Assembly (NCBI GenBank): GCA_000092065.1
Contig: CP000594.1
Source: Ostreococcus lucimarinus
Lineage: Eukaryota
Length of the DNA: 64,000 nt
Reading direction: 5' to 3' (one strand)
In this document: in pieces, positions 18,829-29,204 of the stretch
How positions within the stretch are numbered: the first letter of the stretch is position 1
Layout of the letters: every line of letters begins with the position of its first letter
The notes under the pieces: generated by a model
What the model saw: only the letters and a program-made list of their open reading frames with translations
What the model was told of the DNA's origin: nothing
Database searches by the model: none
Made by a program: the position numbers and the translations under genes

Positions 18829-20733
18829 ATGCGTCGTTTCATGCGCGACGCCTCGCGCTTAGAGCGCGACGCCAAGGCTGAGCACGATTTTTATCATTCA
18901 TTAATCAGTCAGTTGCAGACGGAATTGGAAGACGCGAAACACTCGAGCGAATTACTGCGCGCCGAGCTCGATCGCGCGCGCGAGGGACGGTCGCGAGACG
19001 TCGCATCTTCGTCCGCGACGACGCCGAGCGGCGACGCGACGAACGCGAGGGAGACGACGACGGTGGGGGTGGAAAGGGAGACGCGAGGGGAGGACGAGGC
19101 GACGCGAGACGCGAAAGCGGAGGAGACGGAGCGGGAATTGATCGCGTTGCGCGCGAAAGTCGCAGCGTTGAGCGCGCAAAGCGAAAAAAGTGAGAGTGAT
19201 GCGAATGATGACGCGGAACGCGCGCGGATGGTGGAGGAGTTGGATGAGATGCGAGAACACATGCGAACGGCGACGGCGAGCGCGCATCGAGCGAACGCCG
19301 AGGTGAACGCGGTGGCGCATCAAAATCGGACGTTGATGGAAAAAGAACGACGACGCGCGAACGCGGCAGAGGCGAGAATAAAAGAACTCATGGATCTCAT
19401 GGAACAGCAGGTAAATGGTGAGGACGCGGCGATGCGTAAGCGCGCGGAGGCGTTAGAGGAAGCGTTGACAACGTCGACGAGCGAAGTCGAGACGCTTCGC
19501 TCGGAGAACGAGGAACTAGAGGTGCGGTTGCGAGCCGTGATCGAGCGCTTGGATGCGATTGAGTCATCCGTGGATGTGAGTGAGTCATCCGCGCTCGCGG
19601 TGGTGGTGGAGGAGAAGGAACGCGCGATGATGGGTCGGGCGTACGCCGACGAAGCGGCGACTTCGCTTCGACGCTCGGCGCTCGAGGCGCGAGCGGCGGC
19701 GAACGCGTTTCGCGCTCGCCTGTACCCCGACGGTGATCCTGAAAGTGACGATGCGCGAATGTTGGTGATCGTACACGCCGTGCTCGAGGGACATCCGTTT
19801 GACGACGCGAGTCGCGACGTCACAAACGCCGTTCGAGCACGTCTGCGATCGCACGGGGAAGAACGACTGGTGATTCTCGTGAGCGAAAATCTGTGCGATT
19901 TGATTCCAGACGACGCCGTGAACGCGCCGATGAGCTTAGGCGCCAAAATCTCTCTGCGAGACGTCGAAAATACGACGAACCGACGACCCGCGACGTTGCG
20001 CATAACGTATGCGTTCGACGTGCGCGATTCGCAAACAGGCGATGTCGTCAAGGGCGACGAGCGAATGATCACCATTCCCGTCGGCGCCGCCGGGACTCCG
20101 CACGCGTTCGCCATGCAAAGCGTATGGCTCGAAGCCGCGTGCACCGGCATAGAAGACGCTCTCAAAGCGTCTTATTCGCGATTGAGAGACGCCGAAAGCA
20201 CGGCGAGCGCTGCCAAAGTACGCGCCATCGCGTTGCAAGGCGAAGCCGCGCGAATGCGTCACCATGGAGGCAGTTCGGCTCGAGCACAAGCTCTCGAGCG
20301 ACGAGAACTCGAGATTGAAAGGCGCGAGGCCCAACTCAACGCCGAGGTCGTGGAAATCGAAGGCATGGTTGCGCGCGCGCGGGAAGAAGCCGAAGCCATG
20401 CGCCGCGAGGCGAACCGCATCGTCGCCGACGCCTCGGCGAGTCTCCGCGTCAAGGATGACGAAATCGAACGCCTGCGCGCGCTACAATCGTCCGTCACTC
20501 GCGCGCAAAACCGGTCGAAATCTTGGCGTCGAGAGACCGCCGCCGCGCGTTTAACCGCCGCCGCCGACGACGACGCTTCCAACGCTCGAAGACTCGCCGC
20601 CGCCGGCAACCATCGCGCCGCGGCGTCCTCTTTAGAAAACGCCGAGCGTCGTCTCGCGAGAATCACCGCCGCGTGCGTCGCCAAATCTACCGCTCGAGCG
20701 TTGGCGCCCGTAGACAACGTAAACTTGATGTAA
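18829..20733 (+). CDS. Large coiled-coil protein (Glu/Arg/Ala-rich heptad regions), function unknown.
   Basis: ATG 18829 (MRRFMRDASRLERDAKAEHDFYHSLISQLQTELEDAK...). Long predicted coiled-coil stretches. Antisense ORFs on the minus strand are low-complexity. Confidence 0.5.
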   Translation: MRRFMRDASRLERDAKAEHDFYHSLISQLQTELEDAKHSSELLRAELDRAREGRSRDVASSSATTPSGDATNARETTTVGVERETRGEDEATRDAKAEETERELIALRAKVAALSAQSEKSESDANDDAERARMVEELDEMREHMRTATASAHRANAEVNAVAHQNRTLMEKERRRANAAEARIKELMDLMEQQVNGEDAAMRKRAEALEEALTTSTSEVETLRSENEELEVRLRAVIERLDAIESSVDVSESSALAVVVEEKERAMMGRAYADEAATSLRRSALEARAAANAFRARLYPDGDPESDDARMLVIVHAVLEGHPFDDASRDVTNAVRARLRSHGEERLVILVSENLCDLIPDDAVNAPMSLGAKISLRDVENTTNRRPATLRITYAFDVRDSQTGDVVKGDERMITIPVGAAGTPHAFAMQSVWLEAACTGIEDALKASYSRLRDAESTASAAKVRAIALQGEAARMRHHGGSSARAQALERRELEIERREAQLNAEVVEIEGMVARAREEAEAMRREANRIVADASASLRVKDDEIERLRALQSSVTRAQNRSKSWRRETAAARLTAAADDDASNARRLAAAGNHRAAASSLENAERRLARITAACVAKSTARALAPVDNVNLM

Positions 20734-20782
20734 ATCGACGTCCGCGCCTCGCCGCGCGTCACACCTCGCCGCGCCGCGCGGC

Positions 20783-21220
20783 ATGGACAAGTACTACCCC
20801 GACCCAGACGCGCCGCTCCGACCGCCGCCGCCGTCGCAGCCGACGCAGCCGCACGCCGGCGCCACCGTCGCGCACGGTGATCCCGCTCGAACGACCGTCG
20901 TCGTCTTACCGAGCGCGTACGCGCCGCAGACGCCGCAGCCGTCGGTGCCGAGTCAACAGATACCGACGGGTTTGCCGGTCGGTCAGGCGCGGCCGGCGTA
21001 CTTGGGAGCGACGCGAGGGCACGAGCGACAAATCGTGAGCTGCGAGCGATGCGGACACAGCGGTCCCGCGGACGTGGTCAAGGTCAGAGGGGCGGCGAGC
21101 TGCTTCGCGGCCATCGTGACGTTTGGGATATCCGCGTGCCTTTGCGGAGACGCGTTCTCGGATACGTATCACCACTGCGCGAATTGCTCGGCGGTGTTAG
21201 CGTTCGCGAAATTAGCGTAG
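20783..21220 (+). CDS. LITAF/SIMPLE-like zinc-ribbon membrane protein with Pro-rich N-terminus.
   Basis: ATG 20783. The N-terminus is PPPPSQPTQP...P-rich. The C-terminus is CERCGHSG...(hydrophobic AASCFAAIVTFGISACLC)...HHCANCSAVLAF, i.e. CxxC-hydrophobic-HxCxxC as in the LITAF domain. Confidence 0.65.
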   Translation: MDKYYPDPDAPLRPPPPSQPTQPHAGATVAHGDPARTTVVVLPSAYAPQTPQPSVPSQQIPTGLPVGQARPAYLGATRGHERQIVSCERCGHSGPADVVKVRGAASCFAAIVTFGISACLCGDAFSDTYHHCANCSAVLAFAKLA

Positions 21221-21288
21221 ACGATGCGATGCGTGGATGACGCGCGCGCGCGATGTAAATAATGTTCGATTCCTGTGTCGCCGCGGGA

Positions 21289-23049
21289 CTAAAATCCAAA
21301 GAAGGAGCCGAGCGTCGACGGGGGCGCGTTTTTCGCCTTGAGCGCCTCGTGCTCGAGCGCGAGCTCGCGAAGTTTGGTCTCGAGCGCGGTCTTCGCGGCG
21401 GTTTCCGTCTCCACGACGGATTCGAGGTCCTTGATCTTCTTCTTGAACGCGGCGGACGAGCCGGTGCCGAGTAGAGCGCCGAATAATCCCCCAGAGTCCT
21501 CGGCTTCGAGCTCGGCGAGCGCGGTCGAGAGCGACTCCACTTCTTTCTTCAGCTTCTCGTTTTGCGAGCGAAGTGTCGTCATCGATGCGTCTGTGGAGGC
21601 GGCGTGCTTCGCTTGAAGCGTCGTGTTTTGCGCCGTGACCTCCTCGATGAGTTTTTGATATTCGCTCTCGTTCTTCTCGTACGATTCCAACGCGGCTTTC
21701 AGCTCGGATTCCAAATCGCGCACGCGGGATTCCAAATTCTTTGCTCGAGTCTCGCTCTCGAGCGTCGAAGCCTCGGTCGATTTCGCCAACGCAGTCTTCA
21801 CGCGCTCGAGCTCGCTCGTGAGCGCGGCGACGCGCGCCGTCGATTCTCGCTCAGCCTTGGCCGAAGCCGCGAGCGCAGCGACGGTTTTCTCGAGTTCTCC
21901 TTCCAAACGCGCAATCGTCGTCACACGCGCTTCGTTTTCGGCGCTTACGCGCGCCATCTCGTCACGCAGCTCTTTATGGCTCTGCTCCAGTTCGTGCTCG
22001 CGCTCGTCAAAGCTCGTGTTTAACGCTTTCTCTTTCATCAGCACAGCAGCATTTTGCTCTCTCGCCGCAGCGGACATTTCCTTGGTCGCGATGTCGAGCG
22101 CGGCGGTGACTTCAGCGACGCGCACTTCGAGCTCCTTGATTCGTATCTTCGCTGTGCGCTCTGACGTCTTTGCATCGGTGAGTTCTTGCACCAAGTTGTG
22201 CTGAATCGTCGTCTGCTGTGCGATTTGCGACGATAAGGTGTTGCTCTGCGACGAGCGATGGGCGTCGAAATCCGCGCGCGCCTTGCTGAGCTGTGTCTTG
22301 AGCTCGTCAATCTCTGAAACGTGCGCAGCGACTTTGGCATCGAAATCGCGCTTAGCATCGCTCACCGCACGTTCGATCTGCGTCACGCGATCTATTTCGC
22401 TCGAGTTTGCCGCTTCCGCAAGTCGATGAGATTCCTCGCGCGCGACGCGCAACGCCTCGACGGCTTCATCGCGCGCCTTTCTCGCAGCGTCCAACTCTTC
22501 GCGCAAACGTAACGCGCTCTCTCGCGTATCCGCAAGATCTCTTTCGTACCGCGCCGTCATCGTCTGTCGAGATCGCACCAAGGCATCGTCGTTCCCCGCC
22601 GACGGACGCGGCTTCAACGGCGACGTCGACGCCGACGTTCCCGCCTCGCTCTCTTTACTCGCCCTCTCCAGCTTCTCCCTCAAATCATCCAACCGCTCGT
22701 TCAAATCCGTCGTCTCCTTTTTCAATCGCTCCGTCTTCGCCCTGTGCGTCGCCCGCTCCTCCTCCGCCCGTCGTCCGAACGCCTTCGTCGGCGACGGCGA
22801 CGCCGACCCTCGCGCCGACCGCGTCCCCAACGGTTCATACATCGCCCTTCGCGTCCGCTCGTGCGATCGTCCCGCGTCCCGCCGCCGCGTCAACTCTTCG
22901 CTAAGCAACCGTCGGCTCGCCATCACCTTGGCCCGCAGCGCCTCCGCGCGTCGCAACGCTTCGAGTCGTTCGTGCTCGAGCCACATCATCGAGTTTTGCG
23001 CAACATTCGTCGTTCGCGCGGCTCCGTGCGGCGCCGATTCGAGCGCCAT
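21289..23049 (-). CDS. Large coiled-coil protein, function unknown.
   Basis: ATG at 23049 (MALESAPHG...). Extended heptad-like segments (LESELKAALESYEKNESEYQKLIEEVTAQNTTLQAKH...). The sense-strand ORFs 21562.. and 21818.. are low-complexity antisense. Confidence 0.5.
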   Translation of the reverse strand: MALESAPHGAARTTNVAQNSMMWLEHERLEALRRAEALRAKVMASRRLLSEELTRRRDAGRSHERTRRAMYEPLGTRSARGSASPSPTKAFGRRAEEERATHRAKTERLKKETTDLNERLDDLREKLERASKESEAGTSASTSPLKPRPSAGNDDALVRSRQTMTARYERDLADTRESALRLREELDAARKARDEAVEALRVAREESHRLAEAANSSEIDRVTQIERAVSDAKRDFDAKVAAHVSEIDELKTQLSKARADFDAHRSSQSNTLSSQIAQQTTIQHNLVQELTDAKTSERTAKIRIKELEVRVAEVTAALDIATKEMSAAAREQNAAVLMKEKALNTSFDEREHELEQSHKELRDEMARVSAENEARVTTIARLEGELEKTVAALAASAKAERESTARVAALTSELERVKTALAKSTEASTLESETRAKNLESRVRDLESELKAALESYEKNESEYQKLIEEVTAQNTTLQAKHAASTDASMTTLRSQNEKLKKEVESLSTALAELEAEDSGGLFGALLGTGSSAAFKKKIKDLESVVETETAAKTALETKLRELALEHEALKAKNAPPSTLGSFFGF

Positions 23050-23285
23050 CGCGTCGCGCGCGCGCGCGCGCTTCGCGACTGTGTCGCGTGAAGCGCACGC
23101 GGCGTTCGAGGTGCGCTCGAGCGCTCGGCGCGAGCGAACGCGGGCGAATGTGACGCCGTCGGAATTAAGTTCCCCCGTCGGTTGGGAAACAAATCGACGT
23201 TTTGGGATCGAGCCGACAAAAATAGCAACGCGCCACTCGGCGACGCGCGCGCGGGCGATCGACGACGCGAAGAGCGCGAGAAACG

Positions 23286-24035
23286 ATGAGAAACGCGGCG
23301 ACGGATTTAAACGCGTCGCGGGCGAAGGCGACGACGCAACCGCGACGCGTGCGAACGCGGTTTCGACAAAAGTACGACGCCGGGGAGATACCGGCGCGCG
23401 TGGCGCACGGAACCGGCGCGAACGCGATCGCGTGGCGCGTCGATCCGAGCGCGCTCGACGCGAGCGCGTACTTGCCGTTGTTTATCGATGGGTTAAAGGA
23501 GACGAAGCATCCGTATCGCTTGCTCGCGGTGCGAGGCGGGATCGAGTTGACGCGCGCGTGCGGCGAACGCGCGTTGCTCGACGCCTTGCCACGGTCAGTC
23601 TTGCCGATGAAAGAAGCGCTCGGAACGGGCGACATGGCCGTGACCGCCGTCGCGCTCGAGCTCTTGCGAGAGTTCGTCAAGGTATCGCCGTCGATCGGTG
23701 AGGCTTTGGTACCGTATTACAGAAATCTGCTCCCGGCGTTGAACGCGTTGAAAGACGTCTCCGACGTCTACGTCTCTCTCGTCAACTTAACCGACTGTCG
23801 CTCCTGGCGCGAGCCTCACCGTCGTTCCCGCGTCACCGACGACGCCTCGGACGTCGCCGACGACGTCGACCGCTTTCCCTCGCGCGAAATCGTCGGCTGC
23901 GGCCGCTCCAAGCGCAACATCGGCTCTCTCGTTCGCGCCACTCTTCGCGCGCTCGAGCGTCGCGGCGGCGCCGACGCTCTGGTGAACATCAAGTACCAAA
24001 TTCCCACGTATCAGAGCTGCGTTCGCTGCGAGTGA
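23286..24035 (+). CDS. PACRG: Parkin co-regulated gene protein homolog (PACRG), axonemal/flagellar.
   Basis: ATG 23286. FRQKYDAGEIPARVAHGTGANAIAWRVDPSALDASAYLPLFIDGLKETKHPYRLLAVRGG...EALVPYYRNLLPALNALK...ALVNIKYQIPTYQSCV closely matches human/Chlamydomonas PACRG. Confidence 0.85.
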   Translation: MRNAATDLNASRAKATTQPRRVRTRFRQKYDAGEIPARVAHGTGANAIAWRVDPSALDASAYLPLFIDGLKETKHPYRLLAVRGGIELTRACGERALLDALPRSVLPMKEALGTGDMAVTAVALELLREFVKVSPSIGEALVPYYRNLLPALNALKDVSDVYVSLVNLTDCRSWREPHRRSRVTDDASDVADDVDRFPSREIVGCGRSKRNIGSLVRATLRALERRGGADALVNIKYQIPTYQSCVRCE

Positions 24036-24218
24036 GCGTCGACCGGGCGTCGCTCGACGCGCGCGGTCCGCCGTCGCGCGCTTACAAAATGCAAGACTGT
24101 ATACAACACGGCCAATCATCCGAACCTTTAAGCCCCCTTTAACGAGAATCGCGACGATATCGACACTTCGCGCCTCGCGCTTCGCGCCTCACGCGCGCGC
24201 GCGCGTCGATCGGTGACG

Positions 24219-25247
24219 ATGCACCTCTCTCGCCCGCTCTTCGCGTCTCACGGCGCGCGCGTCGCTCGACGCGCTGAAAATCGCGGGAATGCGATCGCCG
24301 GACGCGCGCGCCCCGTCAGCACGCCGGCGGCGAACGAAACCGCGCGCGCGCGACGCGCGGCGGTCACGCGCGCGCTCAGGGACGCGGAGACGAACGCGGG
24401 AGTGCGCGATCGACGACCGGGGCTGGTGGTGATCGAAGAAGACGGAAGGATGCGCGAACGCGTGGAGGACGCGGCGAGGCGGTTGGCGCGGGAGGCGAAC
24501 GCGGTGGACGAGCACGTGCTGAACGAGGAACTCGCGGAGCGGAGAATCGCGTGTGCGGTGGAGCAGGATGACTTTGAGTCGGCGCAAAATTTAGTGGAGG
24601 AAAGGAAGCGGAAGGAACAGGAGCTGTCGCCGTCGACGGCGTTAGCGGTGGCGCTGGCGAGACGACTGCGGGAGCCGAACGCGGAGGACACGGAGGTGAT
24701 TTGCGCAGACGTCGTGCAGTTGGGTGATCGAAGGCTTGTGCCGGCGCTTTTGCGCGCGCTTTGCGTGGTGAGTGATGAACACGAGAGCGCGGCGCAAGCG
24801 ATTGAACACGCGCTTTGGATGTTGTGGCAAAAGTCTGGTAATAGTCATTACGACGCGAGGTTATTAGACGGCATTCGAGCGATGAGCATCGTGCCCGACG
24901 GGTTGCCCATGGCGCGGGATATCTTTTCAGAGATCATGGAAGCGAAGCCTGACTTCGCGGAGGCGCATAATAAACGCGCGACGGCGTTGTACTTGATGCA
25001 GCTGTACGACTTGAGCATTAAAGATTGCGACAACGTACTCAAGCTCAACCCCCAACACTTTGGCGCGCACTCGGGGAAAGGGTTGTGCTATCTCGCCTTA
25101 CATCAATATCAAAATGCCCTCGACAGTTTCGAGGCGGCGTTGAGAATCAACCCGAGGATGGTGCACGTTCGCCGGTATCGCGAATCACTCAAAACCATGA
25201 TTGATCGGGTTGAGAGTAAGCGTTTACAAGGCGGCGACTCCCCGTAG
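24219..25247 (+). CDS. TPR-repeat protein, function unknown.
   Basis: ATG 24219; the ORF-track start 24213 is a GTG. The C-terminal third has canonical TPR helices (AEAHNKRATALYLMQLYDLSIKDCDNVLKLNPQHFGAHSGKGLCYLALHQYQNALDSFEAALRINP). Confidence 0.55.
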   Translation: MHLSRPLFASHGARVARRAENRGNAIAGRARPVSTPAANETARARRAAVTRALRDAETNAGVRDRRPGLVVIEEDGRMRERVEDAARRLAREANAVDEHVLNEELAERRIACAVEQDDFESAQNLVEERKRKEQELSPSTALAVALARRLREPNAEDTEVICADVVQLGDRRLVPALLRALCVVSDEHESAAQAIEHALWMLWQKSGNSHYDARLLDGIRAMSIVPDGLPMARDIFSEIMEAKPDFAEAHNKRATALYLMQLYDLSIKDCDNVLKLNPQHFGAHSGKGLCYLALHQYQNALDSFEAALRINPRMVHVRRYRESLKTMIDRVESKRLQGGDSP

Positions 25248-25377
25248 GGTGCGACCGAAATTGATTCTTTCATTCCGATATTCTTCTTCCGAGCATGACA
25301 CGACGATACGACGACACAATAATGTACGATACCCAATTACAATAAACGAGATTTTGTATACGACATATATCTGTACT

Positions 25378-27909
25378 TTACGAAAATTCGCCGCGAGCTC
25401 TGAGCGCGGCGTACACTCGCGCTCGCGCCGCGCGGAGGGGTTCCATCTCCGCCGCAAATCGAGCGCTGTACGCGCGCTTATCTTCGCTAGATGTCGAATC
25501 ATCGCGCATGTACTCCGCGCGCGCACTCTGAAGCTCGCTTATCTTTGTCTCGATCGCGTCGTATGCTTCAGACGACGCCGTCTCACCGTCGCGCAAGGAC
25601 AAGTCTACGTACGTCGCCGAGCGTCGGCTCGGATCGTACACTTGTCCAGGAGCCTCGCCCAGGGTCAACGCTTTATAAATCGGTTTGTCTCCCGCGGAGG
25701 CACCGAGATATGTGCCGTGAACGCCAGTCCAACTCGGTGCGACCTCGCTCGTGTTTTCCTTTTCGTCCCACCAAGTCTTGACGTCTCGCGACGTGTAGAC
25801 GCCGCCGAGCGAACGGTTCGCCGTTTGATCAACGTCGACTTCATTATGTTCGGTCTGCTCCACTTCGTCGTCCTCGTCATCATCGCTGTCATCATGTGTA
25901 CTCCGTGCAACGCGCCAGACGCTCACTCGACCGCCTTCGTCACCGATGACGACCATCCACGGTGACGCGGCGGTCAGGCGCTCGCCCGATCGAAGCGAGA
26001 TCGGCGTTGGACTCCACGCCACGTGCGTCACCGCGCCGTCGCCGCTCGCGCGCCAACTGGATGTTGCTTCTAATGTATCGCTATCGTGTACGCGCAAAAA
26101 ACCATCCCGTGTGACGACAGCGACGAGGCCACCCATCGGAGAATGCGCCACTTTGACCACGGCGCCCGAGCGCACGACGTCTACGCCTCGCATCGTCGCG
26201 ATGACGCCTGAATGATCGCTGTTTTCCAAGAGAGGTTTCCCAGCCCCGCTCGGGGACGCTCGAATGGACCACACACGCAACACACCGTCATCGCAACCCG
26301 TCACGGCGACGTTACGCGAACCAGGATGAGGATGCCAGGAGAAGGACGAGATTCGGCTCGAGTGTGCGTCGTACCACTTACACAAGCGTCCGCTCACGGA
26401 GCTCCACACGAGAAGTCTGTTCAGAGATCTCGACGCGCCTTTCAACGCGGACATTGCCGTCGACGTGACGACGAGACGACCGCAGGAGAGGTAGTTCACG
26501 TCGATGATGGCGCCTGATTTCCAGCGAAGCGTGTGCAGGCACTCGCCCGCCGTCTCCGTCGCTTCTGCGACGAGATCCCACACTCGTCCATCGCCATCGA
26601 GAGAGCCGCTGGTGAGCTGCGCGCGACCACGCGTTGGATGAAACGCTAAACACGTTATCTCGCGTTTATGCGCGTTCAGTCCGGCAGGGATGACCAGCTC
26701 TAGCGTGGCGTGCGCGACGTCCCAGACGCAAATCGAGCCGTCACTCGCGCCCGCGGCAACGAACTCACCGGTACGATCAAAGTCGATCGCGGTCACGTTG
26801 ACAGACTGAGAGAATCCAACAAGTGCGTTTGTCGACGCCACTGACGCGCTTGGGGCGCCTCGTTCGGTTAAATTAAATGTCCAAATACTCACGAAACCGT
26901 TCACGCCGGCGACGACGAGCTCGCCGTCGCCTTCTGGCGACCATTTCAACTCACTCACCGCGTGAGGTAACTTTGTCGAGTACAAGCACTCACCTTGAGG
27001 AACGCTAAATAACTTCAAGTTGTTATCCTCACCGATTGTGGCGACGTACGCGTTCGTCGTTTCCGCGCCGCCGCGCTCAATATTCGTCGAAGAAGGCTTC
27101 ATCGCCAGACCGATAACGGGACCTCGATGCGCTTGCATGGACGCTACTCTGTCTTCGCGAAGCATCTTCGCCTCCACCCGCGCCAAACCCCCTATCAAAA
27201 CGCTTGAGAACTCTTCGTCGTCATCGCTTGAGGTCGCTCGATCGACGCATTCGCGATAAAGCTCGGCGGCGCGGGACCACGCGCCGAGCGCCTCGAGCGC
27301 GCGTCCCTTCAAAATCCAAGGAGGAAACCACAGAGCGCGAACGCCGATGGCGCGATCGGCATCATCACACGCTTCTCGCCAGCGATCGAGTTTGGCGTAC
27401 GCCATCCCTCGAGCGTGGTACAACTCGGCGTATTCCGCCGTTCCGTCCACTTTCGCGTACGCCGCCGCCGCCGTGTAACATTCAATCGCCTTCTCATACT
27501 CCCCAGCCTCGTACCGCGCGTCACCGATCGCCTTCAAATCTCCACCCATCGTGATCGAAGCGCCGTCTTCGCCTTGGCGTATCTCCAACGCGACCTCGAC
27601 CTCGACCTCGTCTCTTCGGCGCGCGTCTCGCTCGCGCGTCTCGTCTCCCCTCGTCCCCGACCCGAATGCCGCGGTCCCCATCGTCGCCAACGCCGCGCGT
27701 TCGCGCTCAAACTTTGTCGTTATCGTTTCGTACGCGCGCTGTATCGCGCGGAACGCCTCGACGTCGCCCCCGGGCTTATCCGGGTGGTGCGCTCGTGCGA
27801 GCGTTTTATACGCAGCCTTCACATCGCGTTCGGACGCGCCTACGTCGAGACGGAGCGCGCTGAACGCGCTCGCGAGCGCTCGGCGCGCGCGTCGACGATT
27901 GTCCGACAT
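25378..27909 (-). CDS. DnaJ (J-domain)-TPR-WD40 multi-domain protein.
   Basis: ATG at 27909; the track start 27912 is a GTG. N-terminal J-domain (DVKAAYKTLARAHHPDKPGGDVEAFRAIQRAYETI), then TPR-like segment (AIGDARYEAGEYEKAIECYTAAAAYAKV...) and multiple WD40 blades (GSLDGDGRVWDL, DGSICVWDV, DGVLRVWSI...). Confidence 0.7.
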   Translation of the reverse strand: MSDNRRRARRALASAFSALRLDVGASERDVKAAYKTLARAHHPDKPGGDVEAFRAIQRAYETITTKFERERAALATMGTAAFGSGTRGDETRERDARRRDEVEVEVALEIRQGEDGASITMGGDLKAIGDARYEAGEYEKAIECYTAAAAYAKVDGTAEYAELYHARGMAYAKLDRWREACDDADRAIGVRALWFPPWILKGRALEALGAWSRAAELYRECVDRATSSDDDEEFSSVLIGGLARVEAKMLREDRVASMQAHRGPVIGLAMKPSSTNIERGGAETTNAYVATIGEDNNLKLFSVPQGECLYSTKLPHAVSELKWSPEGDGELVVAGVNGFVSIWTFNLTERGAPSASVASTNALVGFSQSVNVTAIDFDRTGEFVAAGASDGSICVWDVAHATLELVIPAGLNAHKREITCLAFHPTRGRAQLTSGSLDGDGRVWDLVAEATETAGECLHTLRWKSGAIIDVNYLSCGRLVVTSTAMSALKGASRSLNRLLVWSSVSGRLCKWYDAHSSRISSFSWHPHPGSRNVAVTGCDDGVLRVWSIRASPSGAGKPLLENSDHSGVIATMRGVDVVRSGAVVKVAHSPMGGLVAVVTRDGFLRVHDSDTLEATSSWRASGDGAVTHVAWSPTPISLRSGERLTAASPWMVVIGDEGGRVSVWRVARSTHDDSDDDEDDEVEQTEHNEVDVDQTANRSLGGVYTSRDVKTWWDEKENTSEVAPSWTGVHGTYLGASAGDKPIYKALTLGEAPGQVYDPSRRSATYVDLSLRDGETASSEAYDAIETKISELQSARAEYMRDDSTSSEDKRAYSARFAAEMEPLRAARARVYAALRARGEFS

Positions 27910-28187
27910 CACGCGCGCGACCGGTCGCCTTCGCGCGCGCCGAGGGCGTCGTGGTGTGCTCGGCGTGCTCGATGAAAAAAAGCGTTTCTGCCAGACGGAC
28001 GTTTTTTGAGCTCGAGACTCGGGGAGTGAATAAAAATGGAATTAGGGTCGATTTGTGTTATTAAAAGCGAGTCGAGTCGGTCGTCGAGAGTTTCCGTGGA
28101 GTTTCGTTCCATCGTCTTCCGTGATCGCGGTTTTCGCGAGATGAAGAAGTGCGTGGACGAGTGACGAGCGAGCTGGCGTTCGCGCGA

Positions 28188-29204
28188 CTAGCGCATGAAC
28201 GTCGCCGCCATGTCGTAGCCCAGAACAGCGTTCATGAAAGCTCGGTGATCCGGGACGAAGTTCGTCATCTTACGGTTATCGACGAAGTTTCTGAACGCCT
28301 CCATGACTTTGTCCGGAGCGCTGCCGTAGACGTCCTGGACGGCGCGCCACGCGTTATCGCTCGGAGCGACGGCGAGCACGGCGCTGCGCATCTTAGCCAT
28401 GGTGACGTTGTCCGCCTCCTTGTGCACAACCTTCTTCGGAACCGCCTTCGAGGACGGACCACCGAACGGTCGCGCCTTGCCCGGCGACAGTTGAGCGCTC
28501 TTTTCCTTCTTCTTGTCCTCCTTGAGTTGCGCGGCGGCGATCTTGGTGGCTTCCCACGCGCGCTTCTCGTCGAGCAAACGCTGACGCTTGGCTTCACGAG
28601 CGGCGAGGGCGATGGCCTTTTGTTCAGCTTTGTACGCATCACGCTTGATGGCGTACGCCTGCGCTTCCTTCTCCGCCATGTCGTCGTACTTTTTGCGTTG
28701 CTGCGGCGTGCAAGCCTTCCACGCCGCGCCGAGCTGCGCGGCTTGATCGCGGAAAGACACGGCGTCGGGCGTGTTCGCCTTCGGTCTGAACGTCTTGTCG
28801 CGATATTCTTGCGCCCAAATGATGTAACTCGAACGGTTCTTGCGCGGGGCGTTCTTGTCCTTTTTGCGACGCTTGCGGTTACCATCCTTGTCGAATCGCA
28901 ACGGCGGCTCCTCCTTCTCATCCGGAAGCGGCACGTAGTTCTGCATCTCGCGGTAGTATCGCGCCTTATCCTCGTCGGAAACGCGTTGACACTCATCTCG
29001 CTCGCTCTGCGTCACCGTCTTCCACTTCCCCGCGAGCTCCTTGGTCACGTCCGTGACGCTCCACGACGGATTCTTCTTTTGCGTCGCGTCTCTGTGCTTG
29101 TTCAAAAACACCAAATACGCCGACATCGCCCGCTTCGGCTTGTCCTTGTCCCGACGTTTCTTTCGCGGTTTCTTTTCCAACGTCTGCATCCCGACCGTCA
29201 CCAT
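28188..29204 (-). CDS. HMG-box protein with two HMG boxes and Lys/Glu-rich linker regions.
   Basis: ATG at 29204. Box 1 is KPKRAMSAYLVFLNKHRDATQKKNP..., box 2 is PRKNRSSYIIWAQEYRDKTFRPK...AAQLGAAWKACTPQQRKKYDDMAEKE. Strongly basic/acidic low-complexity elsewhere. Confidence 0.8.
   Translation of the reverse strand: MVTVGMQTLEKKPRKKRRDKDKPKRAMSAYLVFLNKHRDATQKKNPSWSVTDVTKELAGKWKTVTQSERDECQRVSDEDKARYYREMQNYVPLPDEKEEPPLRFDKDGNRKRRKKDKNAPRKNRSSYIIWAQEYRDKTFRPKANTPDAVSFRDQAAQLGAAWKACTPQQRKKYDDMAEKEAQAYAIKRDAYKAEQKAIALAAREAKRQRLLDEKRAWEATKIAAAQLKEDKKKEKSAQLSPGKARPFGGPSSKAVPKKVVHKEADNVTMAKMRSAVLAVAPSDNAWRAVQDVYGSAPDKVMEAFRNFVDNRKMTNFVPDHRAFMNAVLGYDMAATFMR

Noticed and set aside
19320-20165. 281-aa minus-strand ORF and others over 18600-20800
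   Set aside because: Antisense or out-of-frame relative to the coiled-coil gene. Ser/Ala/Arg-rich.
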